The notes beneath the pieces are model-generated. The model ran no database searches. It was not told the DNA's origin and saw only the letters and a list, made by a program, of their open reading frames with translations. Both the position numbers and the translations under genes were made by a program. From an uncultured bacterium (lineage in GTDB: Bacteria; Abyssobacteria; SURF-5): DNA of 25,144 nucleotides. The stretch's first letter is position 1. Each line of letters starts with the position of its first letter. Positions 7,357 to 15,833 of the stretch are shown here, one piece after another. The stretch is from positions 1 to 25,144 of the forward strand of contig CAZSKP010000056.1 in NCBI GenBank assembly GCA_964607485.1, in the 5' to 3' direction.

Positions 7357-10300
7357 ATGACGCAAGCACATGAGAACCTGGGCGACATGCTCGTGGAAGA
7401 AGGCGTCTTATCACGGGATGAACTCGAAGAGGTGCTCGAAAAATCCAAGGAACGCAACCTTCCCCTTGAGGAAACTCTTTTCAAGCTCGGCTACGTCTCC
7501 CGCGACAGGTTGGGAGCCATCCTGGCGAAACTCTATCAGTGCGACTTCATAGACCTGTATTCGTGCCGCGTCAACGACGAGGCCCTCAGCGCGATTCCCC
7601 CCGAGGTGGCATCGAGGCTGCGCGCACTGCCATATGCGCTCGAGGGAGAAACGCTCGTGGTCGCGCTCGCAGGAATCTTTGAGGACAGGCCGCTTCAGGA
7701 AATCGCGACCGAGCTCGAACGAGCCTCGGGAAAGAAGGTCCGCCTGACGTTCTGCAATCCCGACCCGTTGAAGGAACTGCTCCAGAGGTTCTACAAGGAG
7801 CAGACCGAGGCCGCGCACCTCCCCCGCGAAGGGCTGGGGTCGATAGTCGCCTCGATTAAGCCCGAAGAGGCGGGCGCGGGCCTTCGCGGACAATTCGAGG
7901 AACTCTACGACGTCGGCCAGACCGCACTGATAGGGGCGCGCTCGCACCCGTTCAGCCGGGCGGTGGCGGCCTCCATAGAGGAAGCGAGGGCGAAGCTGGC
8001 CGATTCGAAAAAATACGCCGAGTCGGGATTCGAGGAAGAGGCGGCCGAGATGGCTACGCAGGCCATCACGCTGCTCAAAGAGGCGACGACGAAAGCCGAC
8101 TCCGTGGAGAAGGATTGGGAAAAGCTCGTGCAGCAGGTGAAGAGTCTCCGCGCCAAGATAGTCGCGCTCGAGGAAGAGGGAGCGGCGCAGTATGCTTCCT
8201 CGGAATTCAGGGAACTCGCGGAAATACGCGACGCGCTCCTCGAGTGCGTCAACGAGCGGAACGTTGACAGGCTCCGCTCGCTGCTCGACCAGGGCATGAT
8301 TATCACGGAGAAGGTGGGCCTGCTGTCGCCCGATAGGAACCGGGGCCGCGAGCAGGTCATCGCAAGCCTGGCGCAGGTTCGAGAGGTGATAGCGCGCGCC
8401 CGAAAGGTCGGCGCGAAGGACCACGCGCCCGACGTGCTGAAGGAAGCCTACGACTTCCTCGACAAAGCCGAGGCCTGCGCCCGTCGCGCGCACTGGGACG
8501 AGGTTCGCGACTGCCTCTTCTCCGCCGAGGCGAAGGCCGTCGAGGCCGAGGGCATCGCCCTTCAGGCTCTCGAAAGAGAGAAGCAACTGACGGTCGAATT
8601 GCGAGAGGCGGTCCGCGACGCCACCGCCGTTCTTGAACAGGCCATGGCGCACTCTTTCGCGCAGGAGGTGATTGGAGACCTCATGCGCGCCAAGGACATG
8701 ATAAGCGAGGCCAAGAGCTGTTTCGAGACGGGCGGGCACGAGAGAGGCATCGGCCTTGCGCAGGATGCCGCCAGGCGTATCAGGGAGGAGATAATCCCGG
8801 GCGCCGACGACGCCGAGCGAGCCTGGAACGAGCTGTTTCGAAGGGCCGACGAGGTTTCGGCGCACGTTCAATCGATAGACATACCGCTCGCTATGAAAGT
8901 CGCTTCCGAAAAAATGGAACACCTCTTTCAGAACGAACGCAACATGGTAAGCTCTCTTTGCGGAAGAGATCGGGACAAGCTCGCCGACGCGATCTCAGCG
9001 TGCGAGGGCCTGATTCGAGAAATCAACGACTGCATCGACCCGGTGAGGGAAGGCATGCACCGGGCCGAGGGCGCAATTGCGAACGCGAGCGGCCTGCTGG
9101 CCGAGGCGGCTGCCTCGGGCGTTGACGAGAAGGTCGCGCCCGCCTATGAAGAGGCACGCCGGCTGCTGGAAGAGGCGAGGCACTTTGTCGGCGAGGGAAA
9201 CGCCGATGGCGCCATGAACAGCGCCGAGGCCGCGCGAGCCAAGCTCCAGGCAGAGGTGATCGAACGCCAGAAGTCGGCCCGGGAAAGATGGCTCGAGCTG
9301 ATTCCACGGTCGACGGAACTTTTCAAGAGGGTCGATCAGGCGTGTTCTCCCGACGCAGTCCACTACTGCCCCGAGCTTGTCCACACCCTCGAGGCTCACG
9401 CCGCCGACATGTTCTTCGCGCTCGCGGCGCGTGACCCGGAAAAAATGGAGGCGTGCATCGCGCCCATCGAAGAGACGATGCGCTCCGTCGCAGCGGCCAT
9501 CGAGGCGGCGAGATCGGAGCTTCACAGGAATATCTCCCAACAACTTGCCGAGATCGAGGAGGCCGTGCAGAAGGCAGTCCGCACGTGCTCGGGCAGCTAT
9601 GCGCCCGATATGCTCGAGGGCGCATACCTCGACTTGAACCGAATGAAAGAACAGGTAGCAGCCGGGCCGGAGGCGTTGGACGCCGCCCTGGAAAGCAGCC
9701 TGATGCGCGACCTCGCCGTCGCCCGGACCAAGGTGTGGCAGGTCGAGTTCTTGCGCGAAAGGTTCGAGCGCGAACGGCAGGAGGACCTGGAACAGCTTAG
9801 GCTGAAGATGACGGCGGCGCGGGAGGAAATCGACGAGTGCGCAAAACTCGATTTTATCGGCGAAGCCTCTCCGCTGGTGCAGCAGGCGCGCAGCCTGCTC
9901 GATCAGGCGGACAATCTGCTGATGGAAGGAGACATCGAGGGCAGCTTCGAGCTGGTGCGGCAGAGCCGCGCTACGCCCGAGCAGATGCTGGCCGAGGCCG
10001 AGAAGAAGGAACAACGCTGGAAAGAGCTGGCCGAGTCGCTCTCCGCCGAGGGAGCGTCGCACCGGACGGTCCTTGCCGACCCGGCGTCAGAAAGAATCGC
10101 CGAGGAAGAATATCGAACGCTCTCCGTGCTCGCCGCTCAGACTCAATCGATGATAGACGCCAAGGACGTCGAAGCTCTTGAACGACACGCCCAGACGCTG
10201 AGCCGGTTGTCCGACGACATCGTCGGGCGCGTCGAGACATCCAGAGAGAGGTCGCGGGCGAACATCGAAACGAAGATGCGGGACGCAAGACAGGAGATTC

Positions 10301-10641
10301 GACTTGCGGAACTGCTGAAGGCGGATGATTTCTGTCCGGACGTAATTAACGCCGCGCGAGCGTTCATCGACGTCGCGCAACGATATGCCGACAGCGAAGA
10401 TTTTGCACGGGCCGATTCCGCCGTCCGCGACGCGGCCGCAAAAGCGCGCGACGCCGGCACCCTGGCGCAGGCCGGTCTGGAACGAGCGGGCAGTCTCGCG
10501 CTCGATTACATGAAAATCGCGTCGGCCCACATCACACAGCAACAGCCCGAGGCCGCAACGCAGGCGCTGGCCCGCGGCCTGGCCCTCGCCGAGCTCGCCC
10601 GCGCCTCACGCGAATCGCGCGAGCCCGCACAACCCGACTGA
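7357..10641 (+). CDS. Large protein with an N-terminal MshEN/T2SSE_N-like domain and alpha-helical repeats, no ATPase domain
   Basis: NLGDMLVEEGVLSRDELEEVL...LEETLFKLGYVS...IPPEVASRLRALPY...LVVAL resembles PilB/GspE N-termini. The remainder is A/E/R/L-rich and helical. ATG 7357 follows GAGGAG. Confidence 0.8.
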   Translation: MTQAHENLGDMLVEEGVLSRDELEEVLEKSKERNLPLEETLFKLGYVSRDRLGAILAKLYQCDFIDLYSCRVNDEALSAIPPEVASRLRALPYALEGETLVVALAGIFEDRPLQEIATELERASGKKVRLTFCNPDPLKELLQRFYKEQTEAAHLPREGLGSIVASIKPEEAGAGLRGQFEELYDVGQTALIGARSHPFSRAVAASIEEARAKLADSKKYAESGFEEEAAEMATQAITLLKEATTKADSVEKDWEKLVQQVKSLRAKIVALEEEGAAQYASSEFRELAEIRDALLECVNERNVDRLRSLLDQGMIITEKVGLLSPDRNRGREQVIASLAQVREVIARARKVGAKDHAPDVLKEAYDFLDKAEACARRAHWDEVRDCLFSAEAKAVEAEGIALQALEREKQLTVELREAVRDATAVLEQAMAHSFAQEVIGDLMRAKDMISEAKSCFETGGHERGIGLAQDAARRIREEIIPGADDAERAWNELFRRADEVSAHVQSIDIPLAMKVASEKMEHLFQNERNMVSSLCGRDRDKLADAISACEGLIREINDCIDPVREGMHRAEGAIANASGLLAEAAASGVDEKVAPAYEEARRLLEEARHFVGEGNADGAMNSAEAARAKLQAEVIERQKSARERWLELIPRSTELFKRVDQACSPDAVHYCPELVHTLEAHAADMFFALAARDPEKMEACIAPIEETMRSVAAAIEAARSELHRNISQQLAEIEEAVQKAVRTCSGSYAPDMLEGAYLDLNRMKEQVAAGPEALDAALESSLMRDLAVARTKVWQVEFLRERFERERQEDLEQLRLKMTAAREEIDECAKLDFIGEASPLVQQARSLLDQADNLLMEGDIEGSFELVRQSRATPEQMLAEAEKKEQRWKELAESLSAEGASHRTVLADPASERIAEEEYRTLSVLAAQTQSMIDAKDVEALERHAQTLSRLSDDIVGRVETSRERSRANIETKMRDARQEIRLAELLKADDFCPDVINAARAFIDVAQRYADSEDFARADSAVRDAAAKARDAGTLAQAGLERAGSLALDYMKIASAHITQQQPEAATQALARGLALAELARASRESREPAQPD

Positions 10642-10672
10642 GTTGAGTTTCATCTGAAAGCGCAAAATCCGC

Positions 10673-10690
10673 TGTAGGGGCGCAGCATTG
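10673..10690 (+). repeat. Truncated GTAG REP-like element (left arm only)
   Basis: TGTAGGGGCGCAGCATTG with no matching right arm. Confidence 0.45.
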
Positions 10691-10697
10691 TCCGTGA

Positions 10698-11726
10698 CTA
10701 TTGAGGCAGTCTTGGCAGGTTTTTTCGCTTGAGTGGATCAGGTGCAGATGTATGTGTTCTTCTAATGCGGCGAGGACTCTTCTGGTGTTTGTCTACACTC
10801 GAACCGACAATTCTTCGAGAGAGAGAGCGTGCCTCGTCGACAGTTCCAAACAATCGATTGTCTCTCCGCTCAGCGTTTAGGAGCTCGTGAGCACGAAGGG
10901 AACTCAATGTCTTATGTCCAACGAGTTCTTGAATATTGTGTATATCCAATCCTTCATCAAGTAAGTGTTGTATTAAGCTCTTTTGCAGGGTCTTTGGGTT
11001 TATGGAGCATGCGGGCCATGCTTTTCGGGCATGCCTAGTTACAATCCGATGAATATCTCGTGTTTGTAGTGGATGTCCGTTGCCACTTAAGAACAGCGTT
11101 TTTCCTGAATGATGTCTCAACAAAACGTCCCGCTTCACAATGTATTCGCCAATTGCCCGTACAGTCATTAGGTTTAGTGGAAGAATGCGTTCGCGATCGT
11201 CCTTTCCGACTATTTTCAGTGTTTTCGTATTTAGGTCTACGTCATCAATTCCAATCCGTACAAGTTCATCCACCTTAATTCCAGTGTAATACAGCACAAC
11301 CATAATTGTTCTGTCGCGGATTCCACTGTCCTCATTGATGGGCAGGTTTAGCAGTTCTTCGATTTCTTCTCTCAAGAGGAATGTCTGTGGTTTCCAAGGC
11401 TCAGCATAGGGATGTGAAACCTCAAGCGCAGGATTGCTGTCCAATTCACCCTCATACTGGAAGAACCGAAAAAAGCTTCTGCATGCGCTGAGTCTCCTGC
11501 GAACGGTGTGCTTGTCCGAGTTACCGCTAAGTTGATATTCAAGGAAATCCTCTATCATGGGGCTGCTGACCTCACCGAGGGGGATGGATTTGGCCGGATA
11601 ACTGGGGAAAAAGCGATCTACCAAGAAATTCAGAAACTGTTTTATGTCGGTCACGTAGGCTCGTGTTGTTCTACTATCATAGTTGCTGATGTTCAAATAA
11701 TGCTGAAAGCGCTTGAGATGGCTCAT
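10698..11726 (-). CDS. XerC/XerD-like tyrosine recombinase homolog with degenerate catalytic residues
   Basis: N-terminal SAM-like region (TTRAYVTDIKQF, RRLSACRSFFRF, NPA), IRDRTIMVVLYYTGIKVDEL, GKDDRERILP, IQELVGH. Start is either ATG 11726 or TTG 11741. Low GC. Confidence 0.85.
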   Translation of the reverse strand: MSHLKRFQHYLNISNYDSRTTRAYVTDIKQFLNFLVDRFFPSYPAKSIPLGEVSSPMIEDFLEYQLSGNSDKHTVRRRLSACRSFFRFFQYEGELDSNPALEVSHPYAEPWKPQTFLLREEIEELLNLPINEDSGIRDRTIMVVLYYTGIKVDELVRIGIDDVDLNTKTLKIVGKDDRERILPLNLMTVRAIGEYIVKRDVLLRHHSGKTLFLSGNGHPLQTRDIHRIVTRHARKAWPACSINPKTLQKSLIQHLLDEGLDIHNIQELVGHKTLSSLRAHELLNAERRDNRLFGTVDEARSLSRRIVGSSVDKHQKSPRRIRRTHTSAPDPLKRKNLPRLPQ

Positions 11727-11771
11727 TTGAGACCTTGACAAAGCCTTAATAGTATTTGCTTGTTTTGAGAA

Positions 11772-11800
11772 ATCCTATCCCAAGAAATGAGGGAAGTCAA
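11772..11800 (-). promoter_or_regulatory. Possible sigma70 promoter for the xer-like gene
   Basis: Minus strand TTGACT-17 nt-TAGGAT. Confidence 0.5.
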
Positions 11801-11921
11801 GGGAGGATTAAGCGATAACGCCCGCCCCTCCGCGAAAAGTGCACTCGTGTATCTTTACCAAAGCCCTGGCCACATTTATCTGGATACTGTGACGCATAAA
11901 CTCGTGAGGTTGAAGAAAGAT

Positions 11922-11951
11922 TGTAGGGACGGTTCGCGAACCGCCCCTACA
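11922..11951. repeat. GTAG-family REP-like palindrome
   Basis: TGTAGGGACGGTTCGCGAACCGCCCCTACA, a near-perfect hairpin. Confidence 0.75.
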
Positions 11952-12120
11952 TTAACCGGCCTCGATTTTGCCAAAGTATTTTGGAAAGCGGCGCAACTCC
12001 GTATAACGTCACTCGCGCGACGATTTCAATTACCGCTTTCGGCCTTCGGGACGGGCGGTGTGTTCCTTTCTGGGGCTGCTTTGGTAAGTTCTTGGCAAGG
12101 CAGCAATCCTGTATTCATCT

Positions 12121-12876
12121 TCAATCGCGGACGCAGCGGAAGCCTACATTGTTGCCCCACTTGGTGGGGACGCCGCTTAGCCGGGACGCCGACCCTCTGA
12201 AGAAGCCACTGCTGACCCACGAGCCGCCGCGCATAATCCGGTATTCGCCCTCGGAGGGACCCTGCGGATTGTCTGTAGGACTATGCTTGTAATAGTCTCC
12301 ACCGTACCAGTCCTGACACCATTCGAACACGTTGCCGTGCATGTCGTACAGGCCCCACGCGTTCGGGGCAAAGCTGCCGACCGGCGCCGCTGTGTCCCAC
12401 CGATCTTTTCCGTCGGTGCCCGCAAAGTTGGCGTCGTCCTCGCTTATGATGTCGCCGACGTTATACTTGGTCGTCGTTCCCGCCCGACATGCGTATTCCC
12501 ACTCAGCCTCCGTCGGCAACCGCTTCCTCGCCCATTTGGCATAGTCGACGGCTTCATACCAACTTATTCCTACAACAGGATAATCATCACCCGGCGAGCA
12601 CCTGGACACCCACTCGGGAAGAGGACGCCAATAGCGGGTCGCTCGAAGAAACCTTTTGTATTCCCCAACCGTCACCTCGTATTTGTCCATATAAAAGGAA
12701 TCCACATATACCCGGTGCTGAGGATGCTGATCGGGAGCGCCCTCTCCCGGAGGGCTGCCCATGATGAATTCACCCGCGGGAATACGCACCATGCCCTTCG
12801 TAGTCGTGCCGCAGCCGGTGAGCGGTGTCAGGAGCAGGAGCAGAATCAGAATTCGTGCGAGAACATCAGATTTCAA
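12121..12876 (-). CDS. FGE-sulfatase (SUMF1/formylglycine-generating enzyme family) domain lipoprotein
   Basis: Lipobox LTGC after a hydrophobic stretch. RLPTEAEWEYACR, NAWGLYDMHGNVFEW, RGGSW, GFRC. Confidence 0.9.
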   Translation of the reverse strand: MKSDVLARILILLLLLTPLTGCGTTTKGMVRIPAGEFIMGSPPGEGAPDQHPQHRVYVDSFYMDKYEVTVGEYKRFLRATRYWRPLPEWVSRCSPGDDYPVVGISWYEAVDYAKWARKRLPTEAEWEYACRAGTTTKYNVGDIISEDDANFAGTDGKDRWDTAAPVGSFAPNAWGLYDMHGNVFEWCQDWYGGDYYKHSPTDNPQGPSEGEYRIMRGGSWVSSGFFRGSASRLSGVPTKWGNNVGFRCVRD

Positions 12877-12912
12877 CGAAATCCTCCAGTCCCAAGCAAG
12901 GTTGACAAGACA

Positions 12913-13668
12913 CTAACTTTTCTTCTCGATTCTCCGCGAGACTTTCTTCCATGAGTTCGTGATGAGGAAGCTTTCGTCCATGTCGTCGACCATCTGGCGG
13001 AATTTCTTCATCGGGGCCGCGAACGAAAGGACGTTCTCTTTCACGAACGGCCGGGCCGAGACGTCGAACATGCCCAGGACCGCCCTCGGGTTGTCGTTCG
13101 CGCGCTCGATGAGCGGATGGCTGATGATGCTTCCGCAGCCGGAGCAGAACGGCGCGATGACGGCCTGCGGGTCGAGAGACGGGAAGTTCGCAAGCGTGAA
13201 CAGGCCCGAAATCACGTCGGGCGTTCCCAGGAAGACGACGACCTGCGGCTCTTCCTCAGCCTCTATCTTGTCCCACCGCTTGAAGACGATGTGCTTGCCC
13301 TCGGCGGGAGGAACGGGCATATCCTTCATATATTCCTCGACGAGTTCGGGCGTCTTCTTGTAGCGCTCGCCCTCCAGCTTTCCGGGGATGCCGCACGAGA
13401 GGAAGTACTTGAACTCGGGCCGGTACTCGGACGGGAAGCCGGAGTAACGCACGCCGCCGAAGCAGCCAATGGTCTCCTGAGTGAACGCGAGCGTCTTCCC
13501 CGTTCGGACGACGCCGAGCTGGCCTATCATGCACACGTGTCCTTCGACGGGCCGCAGGTGCTTGGCATATTTCTCGTCGTCCGAATAGAAGAAGACGAAC
13601 GGCAGGTCGGCCTTCTTGAAATACTTCTTCCATTTTTCGATGAACTCTTTCTTGAAGCTCTGGTCCAT
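12913..13668 (-). CDS. DUF169-like protein
   Basis: Cys pattern (VCMIGQL, GCFGG, FLSCG, EGERYKKTPE, APFCSGCGS, GMFDVSAR). ATG 13668 follows AAGGAGG. The longer ORF-track N-terminus translates a palindromic repeat. Confidence 0.72.
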   Translation of the reverse strand: MDQSFKKEFIEKWKKYFKKADLPFVFFYSDDEKYAKHLRPVEGHVCMIGQLGVVRTGKTLAFTQETIGCFGGVRYSGFPSEYRPEFKYFLSCGIPGKLEGERYKKTPELVEEYMKDMPVPPAEGKHIVFKRWDKIEAEEEPQVVVFLGTPDVISGLFTLANFPSLDPQAVIAPFCSGCGSIISHPLIERANDNPRAVLGMFDVSARPFVKENVLSFAAPMKKFRQMVDDMDESFLITNSWKKVSRRIEKKS

Positions 13669-13735
13669 GACGCCCTCCTTCTTACACTTCGGGGACAATC
13701 CCCGCCGCGTCACTAGTCTGTGGCGTTTATTCCAG

Positions 13736-13798
13736 GTCATTCCCAACTTGATTGGGAATCTATCTGCCATTCTGGATTCCCGCTTTCGCGGGAATGAC
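13736..13798. repeat. GTCATTCCC...GGGAATGAC palindromic element (RPE/dRS3-like)
   Basis: Terminal inverted repeat enclosing two ATTCCC-N8/9-GGGAAT hairpins. Confidence 0.75.
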
Positions 13799-13844
13799 AA
13801 GGAGCAAGAACTAGACAAAGACCAAGAACTAATTTTACATTGCG

Positions 13845-15008
13845 CTAGTCCCTTTCAAGGACATCCTTCGCCAGTGTGATAATCTGCATCTCGGTCGTGC
13901 CCGCCCCGATTTCCATTATCTTTGCGTCGCGCGCCATGCGTTCGACGACGTACTCCTCCATGTAGCCGTATCCGCCCAGAATCATGATGGCCTCGTTCGC
14001 GACGAAGGTCGCCATCTCTCCGCAGTAGAGTTTTCCGGCGCAAATGTCGGCGACCGGTTGTTCGAGCCGGCGTCGGGCGAGGAATTCCTTGTACACAATG
14101 TTCTCAACGTTCATGCGCGCGGTGTACATGCGCGCCAATCGCGCCTGGATCAACTGGAACTCGGCGATGGGCTGGCCGAACTGTTGGCGTTCCTTCGCGT
14201 ACTTGACGGCGACCTCGAAGCAGCGCTCGATGATGCCGAGGCAGATGGCCGGAATGCCGCTCCTCTCGCCCGCGAGACTCTTCTTCACGTGGTCGCGCTC
14301 TTTTGCCCCGCCGCCGAGCATGTTGTCCAGCGGGACGCGGCAATCGTCGAAGAATACCTCTCCCGTGGGCGAGCCGCGCACGCCCATCTTCTTGAAAGGC
14401 TGGCCCGTGCTCAGGCCCGGGGAACCGCGGTCGACGATGAACGCCTGCACGCTTTCTCTCCCGTCGTCGAGCTTGTATTTCGCGTACACGAGGAAGGCCT
14501 CCGCGCACGGGGCGTTCGTGATGAACGTCTTACTGCCGTTGAGCACGTATTGGTCGCCGTCCTTGACCGCGCGCGTCTTCATGCCGCCGAGCGCGTCGGA
14601 GCCGGCGCCCGGTTCGGTGAGCGCCCACGCGCCTATCAGGTCTCCCTTGAGCGCGGGGATGCCGTACTGCTGAATCTGCTCAGGTGTGCCGCGGCGCATG
14701 ATATTGCCTGCGAACAATCCGACGCTCACTCCGAACCCGAAGGCGAACGAAGGGCTGATGCGCGCCATTTCAACGGTGAGCGTCGGCCACAGGAAAAATT
14801 GCAGGTGGTCTTCATCGTCCTCGGCGGGCGCGGCGGTGGCGGCGTACATGCTCATCATGTCGAGCTCGTCGATCATCTTCTTGATGAGCGGAAAGGCCGT
14901 CGTCTCCCCCGCCTCCATCGCCTCCACGTGCGGCTCGACCTCTTTCTCCATGAACCGCCGGAACGTTTGCTTGATCATCCTCTGGTTTTCGTTCAATTCG
15001 AGCGCCAT
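13845..15008 (-). CDS. Acyl-CoA dehydrogenase (isovaleryl-CoA dehydrogenase-like)
   Basis: ALTEPGAGSD, LNGSKTFITN, KMGVRGSPTGE, RQQFGQPI, GGYGY. EIGAGT rather than IYEGT, as in IVD-type enzymes. Confidence 0.92.
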   Translation of the reverse strand: MALELNENQRMIKQTFRRFMEKEVEPHVEAMEAGETTAFPLIKKMIDELDMMSMYAATAAPAEDDEDHLQFFLWPTLTVEMARISPSFAFGFGVSVGLFAGNIMRRGTPEQIQQYGIPALKGDLIGAWALTEPGAGSDALGGMKTRAVKDGDQYVLNGSKTFITNAPCAEAFLVYAKYKLDDGRESVQAFIVDRGSPGLSTGQPFKKMGVRGSPTGEVFFDDCRVPLDNMLGGGAKERDHVKKSLAGERSGIPAICLGIIERCFEVAVKYAKERQQFGQPIAEFQLIQARLARMYTARMNVENIVYKEFLARRRLEQPVADICAGKLYCGEMATFVANEAIMILGGYGYMEEYVVERMARDAKIMEIGAGTTEMQIITLAKDVLERD

Positions 15009-15332
15009 AATCCGATTCCTTTCTACCCGGTGCCGTCTGGTGCGACGACAATTCGGCCCAATTCACCTCGCACCGACGACTTCTCTTTGCAGTTGCATGA
15101 ATCCGAGCATTCGCGTCAAATCATACTACCTGTTTCGTTCGGGCAAATCAAGGTCGGGTCGCGCGCTGCACTCGCGCCGCAAGAAAGCCAGTGAGAGGCT
15201 GTTTCCATCGGCAATCCCAGAGTTGACGCGTGAAACGGCGACATGATAGCCTATTGGAAGCAATCTTGACAGTATTATGTAAACCCGTTGCCCGAATGGT
15301 TTCGATGGGGAAACAGGAAGGAAGAGAGACAA

Positions 15333-15788
15333 ATGGAACGGGAAGAGCTTGGAAAACGCGTTCGGGAGAGCGTCAGAAGCTACATGAGCCAAGGCTTCAA
15401 CTGAGCCCAGTCGGTGCTCGGCTCTTGGCAAGAGCTGCTCGACATGAAAGACAACCTCGTGCTCAAAAGCGCCACCGGTTTTGGCGGCGGCGTCGGCGCG
15501 CGCGGCTCGATGTGCGGCATCGTCTCCGGAAGCGTAATGGTCATAGGACTGAAGCATGGGCAGGGAAGAGAAGACGAGAGGAGCGTGGCCCTGGGCGCCT
15601 ACCTGCGCTGCGGCCAGCTTCTGGATTGGTTCAAGAAGGAGTTCGGCTCGCAGATGTGTCACGATCTGACGGGCGGCGTCGATTTCAGCGACCCGGAACA
15701 ACTTTCAAAATATTACGCCTCCGGCCATGAGAAATGCGTCGAGATGGCCGGCAAAACGGCGGCAAAGCTTGCGGATTTGTTGGAATAA
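15333..15788 (+). CDS. C-GCAxxG-C-C family redox protein, probable selenoprotein (in-frame TGA at 15402-15404)
   Basis: MEREELGKRVRESVRSYMSQGFN-TGA-AQSVL...GFGGGVG...MCGIVSG...C...C. The TGA occupies the conserved NCAQ Cys position and a stem-loop follows it. Confidence 0.82.
15419..15437 (+). promoter_or_regulatory. Putative bacterial SECIS stem-loop
   Basis: CGGCTCTT-GGC-AAGAGCTG hairpin starting 15 nt after the in-frame TGA, with G in the apical loop. Confidence 0.55.
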
Positions 15789-15833
15789 GAAGGAAAACCG
15801 GACTGGCTGGGATGAAGCTCGGGAGAAAGACCT

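Noticed and set aside
7411-10542. Minus-strand ORFs of up to 503 aa inside the large gene
   Set aside because: Shadows of the plus-strand gene, which has a promoter, RBS and domain signal.
10698-11741. Active integrase, prophage or integron
   Set aside because: Catalytic residues are substituted, and I saw no phage genes, attC array or att duplication.
11888-12025. XerC-arm-like half sites (GACGCATAA ~11891, ACTCCGTATAA ~11996)
   Set aside because: Neither has a TTATG-type second arm after 6 nt, so chance is likely.
12121-12260. DGR variable region in the FGE/CLec-fold gene
   Set aside because: No template repeat and no reverse transcriptase in the window.
13669-13818. N-terminal 50 aa of the 301-aa ORF
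   Set aside because: It translates a palindromic repeat, and a strong RBS supports ATG 13668.
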